Made by a program: the position numbers and the translations under genes. Source: a virus (taxonomy: Duplodnaviria; Caudoviricetes). From it: a DNA stretch of 64,000 nt. A model generated the notes under the pieces. The model did no database searches, was not told the DNA's origin, and was given only the letters and a program-made list of their open reading frames with translations. Of this stretch, positions 26,872-37,139 are shown piece by piece (within the stretch, counting starts at the first letter, position 1; every line of letters begins with the position of its first letter). The stretch is taken from positions 7,875-71,874 of the IMG/VR virus record IMGVR_UViG_3300012983_000045; one strand, 5' to 3'.

Positions 26872-27912
26872 TCATTTTTCTCCTAATGATGAGAGAGAAG
26901 ATTGTTCTACATTCTTAATACCATTCTCATCGAAATACTAAGACAATGTTTCCTCCGTGGAGGTATCATTATATAAATTACACATATCTGCACTAGACCA
27001 TCCGACAATTTCCTATATAACGGAAGATGGAAGATTAGCCTTAAAACACTGTGTAGTAAAATAGTGACGAAGTGAATGCCAATAAAAATCTTTGCCAAGG
27101 AATTTTGTATATGTACCAACCCAATTGTCCAACAACTCAGCCTTAATAGGTTCGTCTGGATTAGTAGAAGATGGGAACAGCCATTCGCTTTCAATTCCAC
27201 TTTCTTTTCTATAATCTAGCCATAGTTTTAAATATGGATCGAAGTCTTTCTTTAGCACGTACAAGTCAAGCATCTTCCCACGAGAACCACGACCTTTTGT
27301 TTTAACCTTCTCTGGGGTTTTATATAATGACCCAAATATTACATTCTCTTCGTTAAAATACGAAACCTTAAACCTTGGCAATTCAGACTTCCTTCTACCA
27401 GAATACATAGCCAATGCCAGAATACACGCTTGCATATATTTCTCTTGTTCAACAAGATGAGAGAGTAGCTTTTGCAATTCTTCTGGTTCAAATACCGTTT
27501 TCTCTCTAACTTCTTCTTTAACAGGAGATTCTATTTTCCGAATAACCGCACGGTATCCAACAAATTCTTCTTCCTCGTCGAGTATGTTTTCAATAAAGTT
27601 ACTCATTGAAGAAATAACAGCTTTGACTCTCCGAATTCGATTTGAACTCCAACCCCATTCATTAAGACAATGATTCTGGAAACGAGCAAATTCTCTCTTT
27701 GTTATTTTTATAAACGGTTTATTACTATTGTATTGCAAATTCCAAACCCAGAAAATTGATAAGTCACTTTTATACTAAGATATTGTAGTAGGTGCTCTAT
27801 CTATGGACTGCAAATACTCAACAAAATCTTCTCCCAGTTCTTGGTTCTCAGGTGCGACCTAACTTAACAATTCTGGAGTTGTAATATTATTATATACTGT
27901 TTTTCGTCCTAT
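26872..27912 (-). CDS. Tyrosine recombinase (SPbeta YomM-like position), TAG-recoded, ~346 aa
   Basis: YSGRRKSE (Arg), KTKG, HSLRHY (H-x-x-R), VI*EIVGWSS and a downstream Tyr. The frame extends through TAGs both sides of track ORF 27013..27738. Best RBS-spaced start is ATA at 27912. Confidence 0.8.
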
Positions 27913-27913
27913 C

Positions 27914-28171
27914 TTAATCACCCTCTCTCTGTTCTTGACCTCTCTTTACCCATGCGTCATACGCCTCATATGTCTCGTCTTTCTTAAAAACAAATAAAAC
28001 AACTTTTTTATCTGGGTTCTTTCTGTCGTCTGAAATAATAACATCTATTGGTGTAATCCCAAATTCGTTTATATAAAAATCAATTTGTTGCAAATTTAGT
28101 ATTCTCACATAGTCTTTACTAAAATAATCATATTTCTTGCCTGATATGCCTCTTTTAATATATTCATCCAT
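27914..28171 (-). CDS. Hypothetical protein
   Basis: Intact ORF MDEYIKRGISGKKY...; GAGG RBS; ends TAA. Confidence 0.65.
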   Translation of the reverse strand: MDEYIKRGISGKKYDYFSKDYVRILNLQQIDFYINEFGITPIDVIISDDRKNPDKKVVLFVFKKDETYEAYDAWVKRGQEQREGD

Positions 28172-28179
28172 AATCCACC

Positions 28180-28572
28180 TCAATTAAACCAACAATACAT
28201 GGTTTCATACGAAAAACAATCACTATATCTAAACACCGCCATATAATCAGTAAACTCTTTAACAGATTCTGACGGCTCACCTTTTTCGACACCTTCAATT
28301 GAAACTCTGTAATCATCACGTTGATCAGATACCGCATATCCATGAGCAGTATATTTTGGATACATCTCCATAAAATCATAAATCTCCTAAATTGACGGTG
28401 CGAGATTCTGGCGATCTTCTGGATCTGCGAAATTGTTATCAATTAGAGTTTTAAGAGTTTTCACATCCATACCTTCAAATTTTTGAATTCCGCCAAATTT
28501 ATACTTATTTGGTCTATATTTGCCAAAAATAATTTTGTCACGAGATACAATATCTTTATTCAATTCTTTCAT
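28180..28572 (-). CDS. Hypothetical protein, 130 aa (one TAG)
   Basis: Track ORFs 28387..28572 and 28180..28371 are in frame and joined by TAG at 28389-28387. Confidence 0.7.
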
Positions 28573-28769
28573 AACGCTTTCTCCTTTTAATCACAAAATC
28601 GTAAAAAATGGGGAAACACAACCTGCTACGAATGCAAATCATGCTTCCCCATATACGTGAACCGGTATAACCGAGTCACTGCTTTTTATTAATCACATTC
28701 ACAATTTTTTGGTGCCATATGTTTTGGCGTTAATCAACCCGACAATTTTGACATCGCCGAGTCGCACAA

Positions 28770-29159
28770 TCATTTCTTATGATTCTGAAATTTCTGATTG
28801 TTAAAAGGACGTTTTTCCTCAACTGGTTTCTCTTCAACCGGTTTTGTCTCAACTGTTTCATCCTCTTTTTTCTCCTCAACTTTCGGCTCATCCTTAATGT
28901 CAAGAATTTCTTTAAGAACCGGAACGACGGGAGATTTGCTTTTAAGAATATCAGTAATATTAAGAGCCTTCAGAACTTTAGCGGCATCTTCTTTACTAAT
29001 TTCTTTTCCTCTATATTGCTGCCATACATTGTATACATCTAAGCAATTCTCGTCATGTACAAGGAACATCCATGTTTTATTCGGATCATATCCTTGGCAT
29101 GATGGGCAATACTGATATACTTTGCCACAGCACAAACAAATTCTTTCTTTTGCTGCCAT
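28770..29159 (-). CDS. Zn-finger hypothetical protein (CxCC...CPxC) with Glu/Lys/Pro-rich tail
   Basis: Intact ORF ICLCCGKVYQYCPSC; follows the major tail gene. Confidence 0.7.
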   Translation of the reverse strand: MAAKERICLCCGKVYQYCPSCQGYDPNKTWMFLVHDENCLDVYNVWQQYRGKEISKEDAAKVLKALNITDILKSKSPVVPVLKEILDIKDEPKVEEKKEDETVETKPVEEKPVEEKRPFNNQKFQNHKK

Positions 29160-29233
29160 AACTTTTCTCCTTTCAATCAAATATGGCCGCCCTATATTTC
29201 AAGGGCGACCGACAGACGTTTAATTTACTCAGA

Positions 29234-30037
29234 TCAAGCTGCAGCGGTGCCAGAAACAACAAGGTCTTCTTCTGGGTAGTAGATGTAGTAAAGAGCCTGG
29301 GTACCTGCGCAATAATCAACGTTAAGATTTCCGCTGAAGTCAACTTCCTGAGTCTCAGCATCAAGAGAGATGGTCATGGAAGGATCTGCAGCAAATCTCG
29401 GAATTACCACATAGCAAGGTTTAAGGTCATTGTTACAAGGATCGCCATAAGAGCAGAACAGAGTCAGCTTAACAAGAGCAGGAAGATCCTTGGTAGTATT
29501 GGTAAGCATAGCTCCAGATACTACATCACGATCATATTTTACAAGATACTGAATCGGAAGATCAGCACCGGCTTCTGGAGCGGTAAGAACAGCATTAGAA
29601 CCAGTACCAGTTACAAGAGCTGCGGACTCAGCAGCGGTCATAGGTGTAGCGTTTGCACCATTACCATACAGACCAATTACATGAAGAGTACCAGTTTTAA
29701 GATCTGGAACCTGAATTGCTCTTCCAGCATCAATTACATAAATCTTCGGCATAGTAATAACAGCAGAAGAAGAAGCATAGGTGATTTCCTTACCAGACTG
29801 TGCGTTAAGAGCAGCTGGATGCAATAAAGCGTTAGTAGCAGTAAATGTACCTGTCTTTGTACGATAAGTAGTTCTAATGATATTGCCCTTCTTATCAGTT
29901 ACATCCTGAGAGTCCGCACTGATTTCAATAGAAGCAGAACTCAGCTGGTCGAGAGCATATTTGATATTGTCATTGTCATCCTATGCAACACCATAAAGAA
30001 TTTCATCAATATAATGATTTCCAAGTTTGAATGCCAT
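29234..30037 (-). CDS. Major tail (tube) protein, 267 aa, single TAG at codon 19
   Basis: MAFKLGNHIIDEILYGVA*DD... joins track ORF 29234..29824 in frame. Highly biased codon usage. Position in the tail operon. Confidence 0.7.
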
Positions 30038-30133
30038 GATATTTTCCTCCTTATAAACATTTTGGTGGAGCATTATTACTCCTTGATTAATTTAAAAATA
30101 TATTATCAACGATCAATATGATCAATTAATACA

Positions 30134-30973
30134 TCACCCTTGTTCTTTAAGGGTCTTAGCTTTACTTATACTATTGTTTGTATCTCTAGGTATATCCTTC
30201 ATCCAATTATAATCTTCAGGTTTTATTTTAGTTCCATCAACAAAACCAGAATACATCCCTTTCATAACAGCAGTAGAATGTTCATATATTTGTAAACGAT
30301 TTACTGAATCAAAAAACTCAAAAATACTAACATCCTTTAATTCTTTAAGTTTATACTTAAATCCAGGATGATTTACACATGCAGAAATAATAGGCTACAT
30401 GCCGGATGATTGTTTTTTATTTTCTTGTTCTTTCATATGTTCAATATTTCGTTTATCTCTCTATATGTACCATTCTTTTAAATACGAACTGTTAGTTATT
30501 TTTTCTTCCGGGAATGTATTTGTAACAGCTCTCAAATACTGCGAAAAGTGATTCCAAACATCATAATTTATTTCAATCTAATCCTCTTCATCCCATAATA
30601 TTAACTCACCATCATCTTCGGAATCTGGGTCAGTCTTTTTCATTAGAGGTTCAAATTTACTAAAATCTAAATCTCCAAACATCAACTTCGACACTTCTGG
30701 GTCGATGTTTTTATATAACATCACAAAGAGCATAAAATCAGACCATATATTCCAGTCTATTCCCATATCCCACAATGGTACTCTATACTATGTTGTATTT
30801 CCAACAAAAATACTAAGCGTTGCAAAAAAACGCTTTTCTCCAACACGAATAATATCTCCTATAGTAGGAGAGTAGACAACAATCTCACCGGGAATTCCTT
30901 CCAAATTTATATGGTACGGTTCACCAAAATACATTTGGAGAAGATCAAACTCAACCTTCGGATTCCTTGCCAT
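30134..30973 (-). CDS. Tail-region protein, TAG-recoded, 279 aa
   Basis: Joins track fragments 30788..31009 and 30578..30775 through TAGs; ends TGA at 30136-30134. Confidence 0.7.
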
Positions 30974-31535
30974 AAAATTCTCGATTCGCCATTCTCGTAG
31001 TTCCACCACGAGTTTTTCCTAGATTGTTATCTATAGTTTGCTCAAATATTAGAGTTCGACATGCATAATCGTTATCAACAACACTTGGTTGATTAGAAAC
31101 ACAATGGATTTTACACCCAAATAAATTGGTCCAGTTGAAAATATCCAGAAGAATTGCAGCAATCAAATCATGACGAGCAATTCCGGTTAATTTTTCGATG
31201 TTCGTTTTCTCTTCACATAAAACATAAAATATTACCTATTGAATTTTCATATTTGAATTATAACGTTCAAGTTCTCGAACACTTGTCTCGTAACATATAT
31301 AATTCTGTATATTATGTTGTGTTGGATGAATCATAAAATATGGAAGAATGTTGATGCCAAGATAATCACTTGGATCGGCTTCTTCTTCCTCTAATTCTTT
31401 ATTATTTAACAAATATAGTATAAGTTCATTTTCAATAAGAGATTTCTTAATAATCTCTTTATACCTAATATCATCAGAATCAGGTAGCTATTTTAAATCG
31501 CGTAGGGATTTAAGTTGTTCTGGTGTTAATTCCAT
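30951..31535 (-). CDS. Neck/tail-completion-like protein, TAG-recoded, 194 aa
   Basis: ATG at 31535 after GGAGG; open through 2 TAGs into track ORF 30951..31166. Confidence 0.65.
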
Positions 31536-31551
31536 AGTTCAATCCCTCCTC

Positions 31552-34006
31552 TTATAGTGCGATTATCTCTACATCTAGCTACACAGTGACTTCACCAGAC
31601 GTATTTTTTATTTTTAATATTTTACCTATATATGAATCATCCCCCAAGAATTTAAACTTGAGTTTATGAGGATCATCCATTTCTATATATTCCACAATTG
31701 CATTAGGTACTCGGACATTATCAATCCAAAGCGCCCAATATCCAGGCGCATAATCAGAAATATTGCCTTCTTCATCATAATAGGTAAGTGTAAATGTTTT
31801 TGCAGACCCGCCAATTTTAATCTATTGCTTACCAGAACAAGTAATTTTACCGGTAACCGTTGGTAATTCATCACTTATTGGGACGGCAGGGACAGGTGCA
31901 ACTTGTCCTTCCTTCCAATCTGCCCACCATGCAACAACATTCCCATTATTATCATAATCTGCTTTCAGAGTATGCTAATTAGCTAATTCTTGTGTACATG
32001 TATAAACAGCAATTCCTTTAGAATTGGAACGATTAATCTTGCTTATCTACCATACTCTTGGTTCGGTAAGAACATTTGCATCAATAACAAGATATGTATT
32101 ATAATAAAGATGTTCGGTGTCTCTGTTTAACGGAAGAGCAAATTTTGTTTGGTCTTCAGGCTATTGGAATTTATAATCAATCCAAAGTCCAGAATTGTTC
32201 TAAATGTTACTTTATCAGTTCGTTACTCTGACAAAGGAATAACTACGTTATCAAAATTATTCTTGTATTTTTCATATTTTCTTTTTAAATACATGTCAGC
32301 ATCCATATAAAGCCAATCAAGGAATTTTTTAACTTGTTGTGTACCACTAAAAGATAATACTTTAGTTACACCATTATGACACGATGCATCATAAATATTC
32401 CCACATGGAATACCCAATTCATTCCTTAAATATTCTTGCAAATCTTTACAAAAGGATTCCGTTGATGTAAATGTTACGAGTGGTTGAAATTTTCCATTCT
32501 TTGTATAATTAGGACATAGAGATCCATCTCCATCAAAGTATCCAAGTACAAAAAATTTCAAAAGACTTGCATCAATAAATTTCGGAAATTCCAAGATTAA
32601 ACTTTTATTTTTCTTAACTCCTTTTTTCTCAAGTTCTTCACTTATATGTTTGCTAAATATGCTTAATCTGTATTGATTTTGGTAATTATATCCAAAATCA
32701 TGTTTCTAACTATAGTCTAAATATTCTAATGGTCTTTCATACTGTAATTCATTTCTTATCCTGTCTAATATATATCCATCATTCTCTTCGAGCGATATTG
32801 AAACCGTCTGTTTGGGAGTGAAATTAGAGCCATCCGCATATAATAATCCTAAAATATATGCTTTGTTTTGAGTGTCAATTTCATCAAAATAATATTCATT
32901 TAATTTAAATTTACGTTTACCATTTCCAACTCTTTTTACTCCAAACTAATCCAATACCTTCGCTATTACTTTGTGTCCAACTTTAAATTCTTCTCCGATT
33001 TTTACAGTTGACATTCCACCATTATACATTTCAACTATTTTTTGTTTTTCATCATATGAAAAGTCTTTATATGTAAATAATTTTCCCATTGCTATTCCTC
33101 CTAAAAATAAACAATATATAATAAAGACAGTAATTTTCGTATTAGGAGTACGAAAAAAGGAGGCCAATCCCTGTCCTGTCTTAATTATCAGTAGTTATTC
33201 TTTCTTGCACTTTCGTACAAGAGCAGATCATATCAACACCATATCTTTCGACTTAGGTGGCTCCCTTTACCTCACTTGAGGACATGATCGTTGAACTTTA
33301 CCCTATTCGGGTCTTAGCTGCGGATTATCCAATGTAATAACTTTTTATAGCGTTTCACACTTAGGTATATTTCATCCTTTTGCTGTAGCATATTACCTCT
33401 AAGGAGTTCCCCGCAATTAAGGAACTTTCGACATAAGCTTTCACCTATGAAGCGCACAATCTACGAATTCTGACTTCTACTCACTCCAGGGAATTCATAA
33501 TACTTCCCATCTTTAATCCATCGGAACACATCATCACAACGAAGTACTTCCCAAGTAGGGAACTAATTTTCATCCCTGTCAGCAGTAGCAACAACCAACC
33601 ATCTACGATAAATGCCATCTTCTCCCTATAGCCATACATAAAGACCAACAGGATATCTGGCATTATATCTTTTACCAAACACTTCATCATAATAATCAAC
33701 TGCACATTCATGTCCAGGTCTGAACTAAATATGCATTGTTACTTCGTCCTTCTCATAAGTTTTTTTAGTATGAGCAATAAATTTTACATCTATTGGAGTT
33801 GGATTTGGATCTAACTCTGGATCAAATCCTTCCAATCTTAAACGATTTTCTGGCGTTGTATGATAATAATCAAAGAAGTATGCAACCTAATACTAAATGT
33901 CCTACGTAAATGTAGCATCCATAATTCTATCAGACTACATTTTTCTTGCTCGTCCGGGAACGCTTGTTCCATGCATGGTTTGAAAGTCTTTAAATGTGAT
34001 TGCCAT
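31552..34006 (-). CDS. Head-tail joining region protein, ~396 aa, join(34006..33463, 32198..31552), TAG-recoded
   Basis: Exon 1 ends ...GVSRSQNS-T and exon 2 starts AC-AAT-TCT-GGA, giving RSQNSYNSGLWIDYK, a motif I recall from homologs. The joined length 1,191 nt is divisible by 3. Confidence 0.65.
32199..33462 (-). mobile_element. Group I intron (~1,264 nt) carrying a LAGLIDADG gene in its 3' (P9) region
   Basis: P2 GAAA hairpin, TAATTGCGGGGAAC (P3/P4), AATCCGCAGC, R element GTTCAACGATCA, S element GATATGATCT, P9 GAAA hairpin. 3' boundary is ambiguous by 1 nt. Confidence 0.8.
32223..33089 (-). CDS. Intron-encoded double-motif LAGLIDADG homing endonuclease, TAG-recoded, 288 aa
   Basis: AYILGLLYADGS and FVLGYFDGDGS motifs; joins track ORFs 32946..33167 and 32223..32594 through TAGs; GGAGG RBS. 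Confidence 0.8.
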
Positions 34007-34334
34007 GAGAATCACCTACTTTCATTATTTCTGAACCAGCATCCAGTATCAGTTTTCTATATTTCTGAAAATTAAAATTATCATTGTGATATTCCTATAA
34101 CGCCGATTCCAATAAACTCATAGTAATAACAAGTTCTGGCGGTTCTAACAAAATACTATTTAACCCATTCAGTCTATATTGAAGATTACTAAAAGCATTA
34201 TCAACATTTATGTCTGGGTATTCATTTTTAGTCGCTGGGTCTACATAAAGAAGCAGAAAGAAAATAGATTTTCGAATATTAGATTTGGTGTCAGAAATTT
34301 GATTTGATGAATATGAACCGTACTTTGTGTTCAT
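33990..34334 (-). CDS. Virion head-tail region hypothetical protein (one TAG)
   Basis: Track ORF 34095..34334 reads through TAG to TAA at 33992-33990. Confidence 0.65.
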
Positions 34335-34789
34335 GATTCTACAATATACCCATTATAAATATATCCACGGTCTCGAATAAATTTTCGGAGATTGTTCTAT
34401 GCACGATGATACATATCTTTTAACTCGGTCATGTGATTGGCCTACGAATAGTATTTCTAATCACTATTTGAGAACATCTGTGATGTTAATAATGTAGAAT
34501 GATATTTTGGAGACAACCATTCAACCACCATTCCAAGTGCAATAACCTCCTCAACAAAATCTTTGTCCTCTTCCTCCGAAACCGGGAGTTTCATCTCATA
34601 CTCTAATTCACCAATATCTTCATCAAAATCCAACTCGTCAAAAAGCCGCCTAACATACGGCTTTGACAGAGTTGATTTAATCCATCCATTCATCATATTC
34701 GTAACTACTTTTTCTTCTAACCCAACAATGTTATAGTCTTCAACACGCAAATAAAAGCGTGAATAAAGCTCATCAAACTCAGAGGTCAT
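34331..34789 (-). CDS. Head-tail connector/adaptor-like protein, TAG-recoded, 152 aa
   Basis: Track ORF 34457..34789 continues ...SD*KYYS*ANHM... to TGA at 34333-34331. Confidence 0.65.
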
Positions 34790-34809
34790 TGGGTATCACC
34801 TCCGTTTAT

Positions 34810-35373
34810 TTAATCTTTGAATTCGGCAATTAAATTCAAATTTGTACCAAACAGTTCATCCAAAGCTTTAATCTTTCTAACACTATCAAGTGTTCCATCT
34901 GTAATTGCAGAAGCAGCAATAACTTTAAGAGACTCAATAGCCGTTTTTGGAAGAGCAGAAATCTCTTCAATCATCTTCTTCTCTGGAAGTCGGAGTATTG
35001 CCTCTAAATCCTGAATGGTATAATTCTCGGTATAAAACTTTTTTAACTGTGGAAATGCTTCAATAAAATCTTCGTCCTCAACAATAAACAAAGGACTAAA
35101 CACAAAAGATGATTTTACACGAACTGCGGAAGCAAGATCTGCATATTCTACCTGAGTCTTGTCTCCGTAATCCATCCACTCATACAGCATGTGCGTTTTC
35201 GCACCTTCCATAAACAAACCACCTTGTGCAACAGATCTACAAACAATTCCATCAGAATCGTTAAATACTTTCTTTTCTACTTTTACCGTCTCTTTTTCAA
35301 CAGGGGATACCTTTTTCGGTGTCTCTGTTTTAGGAGTTGTGGTTCTTTTCCTTGTAGTAGTTGTAGTTGCCAT
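34810..35373 (-). CDS. Post-capsid structural protein (SPbeta YonA-like position)
   Basis: Intact 187-aa ORF directly after the major capsid gene. Confidence 0.65.
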   Translation of the reverse strand: MATTTTTRKRTTTPKTETPKKVSPVEKETVKVEKKVFNDSDGIVCRSVAQGGLFMEGAKTHMLYEWMDYGDKTQVEYADLASAVRVKSSFVFSPLFIVEDEDFIEAFPQLKKFYTENYTIQDLEAILRLPEKKMIEEISALPKTAIESLKVIAASAITDGTLDSVRKIKALDELFGTNLNLIAEFKD

Positions 35374-35404
35374 AATTTATCTCCTCTTAATCCTTAATAA
35401 TCAA

Positions 35405-36541
35405 TTAGCCATTGGAAAGGGTCCACTGCCCAAAATATCTACCCAAAATTGTAGAAATACCATAGGAACGCTGTACCTCGTATTTCATGATATCATCCCA
35501 GCGCCCGTGTTCTTCTCCCTTTTCTGTAATTTCATCAATCTCGGTTTCTCCTACGTCAACGACTTTAATAAACTTGTCGGTCTGACTAGCCGGAAGAATC
35601 CAAAGCTTGGTGTTATCAATAAGCGGAGTAAGATCTGTCTTGCTAGTAAATCTCTGCGGGATTTCCATAAGAGTAGTACCTTCGTAGTCACCCATACGTC
35701 CACTGTGAGAAACATCTTCCTTCAAAGAAGCAGCTCTCCAGTTAATATCAGAAAGTGCGTTAAGTTTCTTTAAAGCGGTTTTGGTACCAAGGATTACAAC
35801 GGTAGACTCATTTGCAGTCTCAACATTAGAAATAATGGCATCAAAAGCATCCTTTGTTGCAGAACCAAGAACACCGGTACCAACAAATCCAGAACGAATA
35901 GAGGCCGGAATAGAATTAGCTGCAGAGAGAAGCTGTGCATAAACTTCCTGCTGAATCTTCACAGAGAATGCTCTTGCAATTGCGTTAGTAAGAGCAGACC
36001 AATCTTCACGACCAATCATGTACATATTAATATCAGCGCCTACGGCTGCACCATAGCGAGCATACGGAATCGTAAAGGTCTCGCCCTTGCCGAGTCTCTG
36101 AAGGATATAGTCATGATGGCTTACGCCAACTTTAGCAATAGAAAGGATAACTTCCTCTTCACTATAGAACTCATATCCATCACCAAGAGCAAGATTTCTA
36201 TAGTCCACAAAGTTCTCAAAGAACTCATTTTCCTTAAATCCATTGCTAATTACTACGTCAATTACCTCTTCAATAATATCAAAGAATTCGCGACCATGAT
36301 CCCTATAAGCTCTTTTAAGCTCTCTCTTAGAGGAGTCAGCGGTAACGCCAAATACTTTCTAACATACAGTACGAAGTTTTTCTTCTGCTTCATTCTTCGG
36401 AATTACTCTTTCAGATTCAGCATCATAAATTTCGTTTCCCATTGCCAGATCATACATAAGATTCTTAATCTCTTCGTAATTTGTTTCCATCTCATTAAAC
36501 ACATTCATTACATGTGCGGAAAAATTAATTTTCTTACTCAT
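35405..36541 (-). CDS. Major capsid protein, 378 aa, single TAG at codon 61
   Basis: Track ORFs 36359..36541 and 35405..36208 are in one frame joined through TAG at 36361-36359. Strong RBS, biased codon usage, position after scaffold and decoration genes. Confidence 0.8.
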
Positions 36542-36567
36542 TTCGTTTTACCTCCTTTCCTCTAAAA

Positions 36568-37056
36568 TTAAGCCCCAACTGTCCACTTCTTGCTAGAAAC
36601 AGTAAGGGTTGCGTTCTTTGCGGGTGTGCCAGAGAATCCTTCTGCGGATACTTCCCAGATATCTCCAACCGTGCAAACATATGCTTTAACAACTTCGCCG
36701 GCAGCGTTGTAGAAATTGGAAAGGTCTGCAAGTTCTCTCGGAGACTCATAAGGGATAATAGGAGAGTTATAAACAACAAGTGCCTCCCCAGAAGTAGGAA
36801 CTGCTGTAATTTCTACATACCAGTTGCCATTTGCCGCCTGATCAACAATTTTCCCTGTGATTCCATTCGGAGCAGCTGCTTCGGCATAATTGTCAAAAGA
36901 ATTCCATGCGCCCCTACCAATTACATTACCATTGTCGGCAGCGGTAGTAAGCGTAATGTTATAAATATGTGCGCCCATGCTTCCAGCCAAAACTTTGGAC
37001 GGAAAAGCTACAGCGTGTTTTGTCATGTTAATCGTACCATAAGCCATAACTAACAT
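36568..37056 (-). CDS. Capsid decoration/auxiliary protein (YonC-like position)
   Basis: Intact 162-aa Ala/Gly/Thr-rich ORF between scaffold and capsid genes; no TAG. Confidence 0.65.
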   Translation of the reverse strand: MLVMAYGTINMTKHAVAFPSKVLAGSMGAHIYNITLTTAADNGNVIGRGAWNSFDNYAEAAAPNGITGKIVDQAANGNWYVEITAVPTSGEALVVYNSPIIPYESPRELADLSNFYNAAGEVVKAYVCTVGDIWEVSAEGFSGTPAKNATLTVSSKKWTVGA

Positions 37057-37139
37057 TTCTCCTTTCTAAAAAAATAAAAGCCGCCTAAGCGACTAATCAT
37101 TGGATATTAACGTGGAGATTTCCAACGCTATATTTTTAA

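Noticed and set aside
26872-27912. Prophage integrase marking an attachment boundary
   Set aside because: Phage structural genes continue on both sides, no host genes or att-like repeats were seen, and the gene is TAG-recoded.
28610-28770. Possible additional tRNA or ncRNA in this intergenic region
   Set aside because: Hairpins are present but I could not build a cloverleaf or match a known motif.
2232-33462. IStron (IS605/IS607-type) or group II intron identity for the two insertions at 2232-3798 and 32199-33462
   Set aside because: No TnpA/TnpB or reverse transcriptase ORF; both have group I core elements and homing-type endonucleases.
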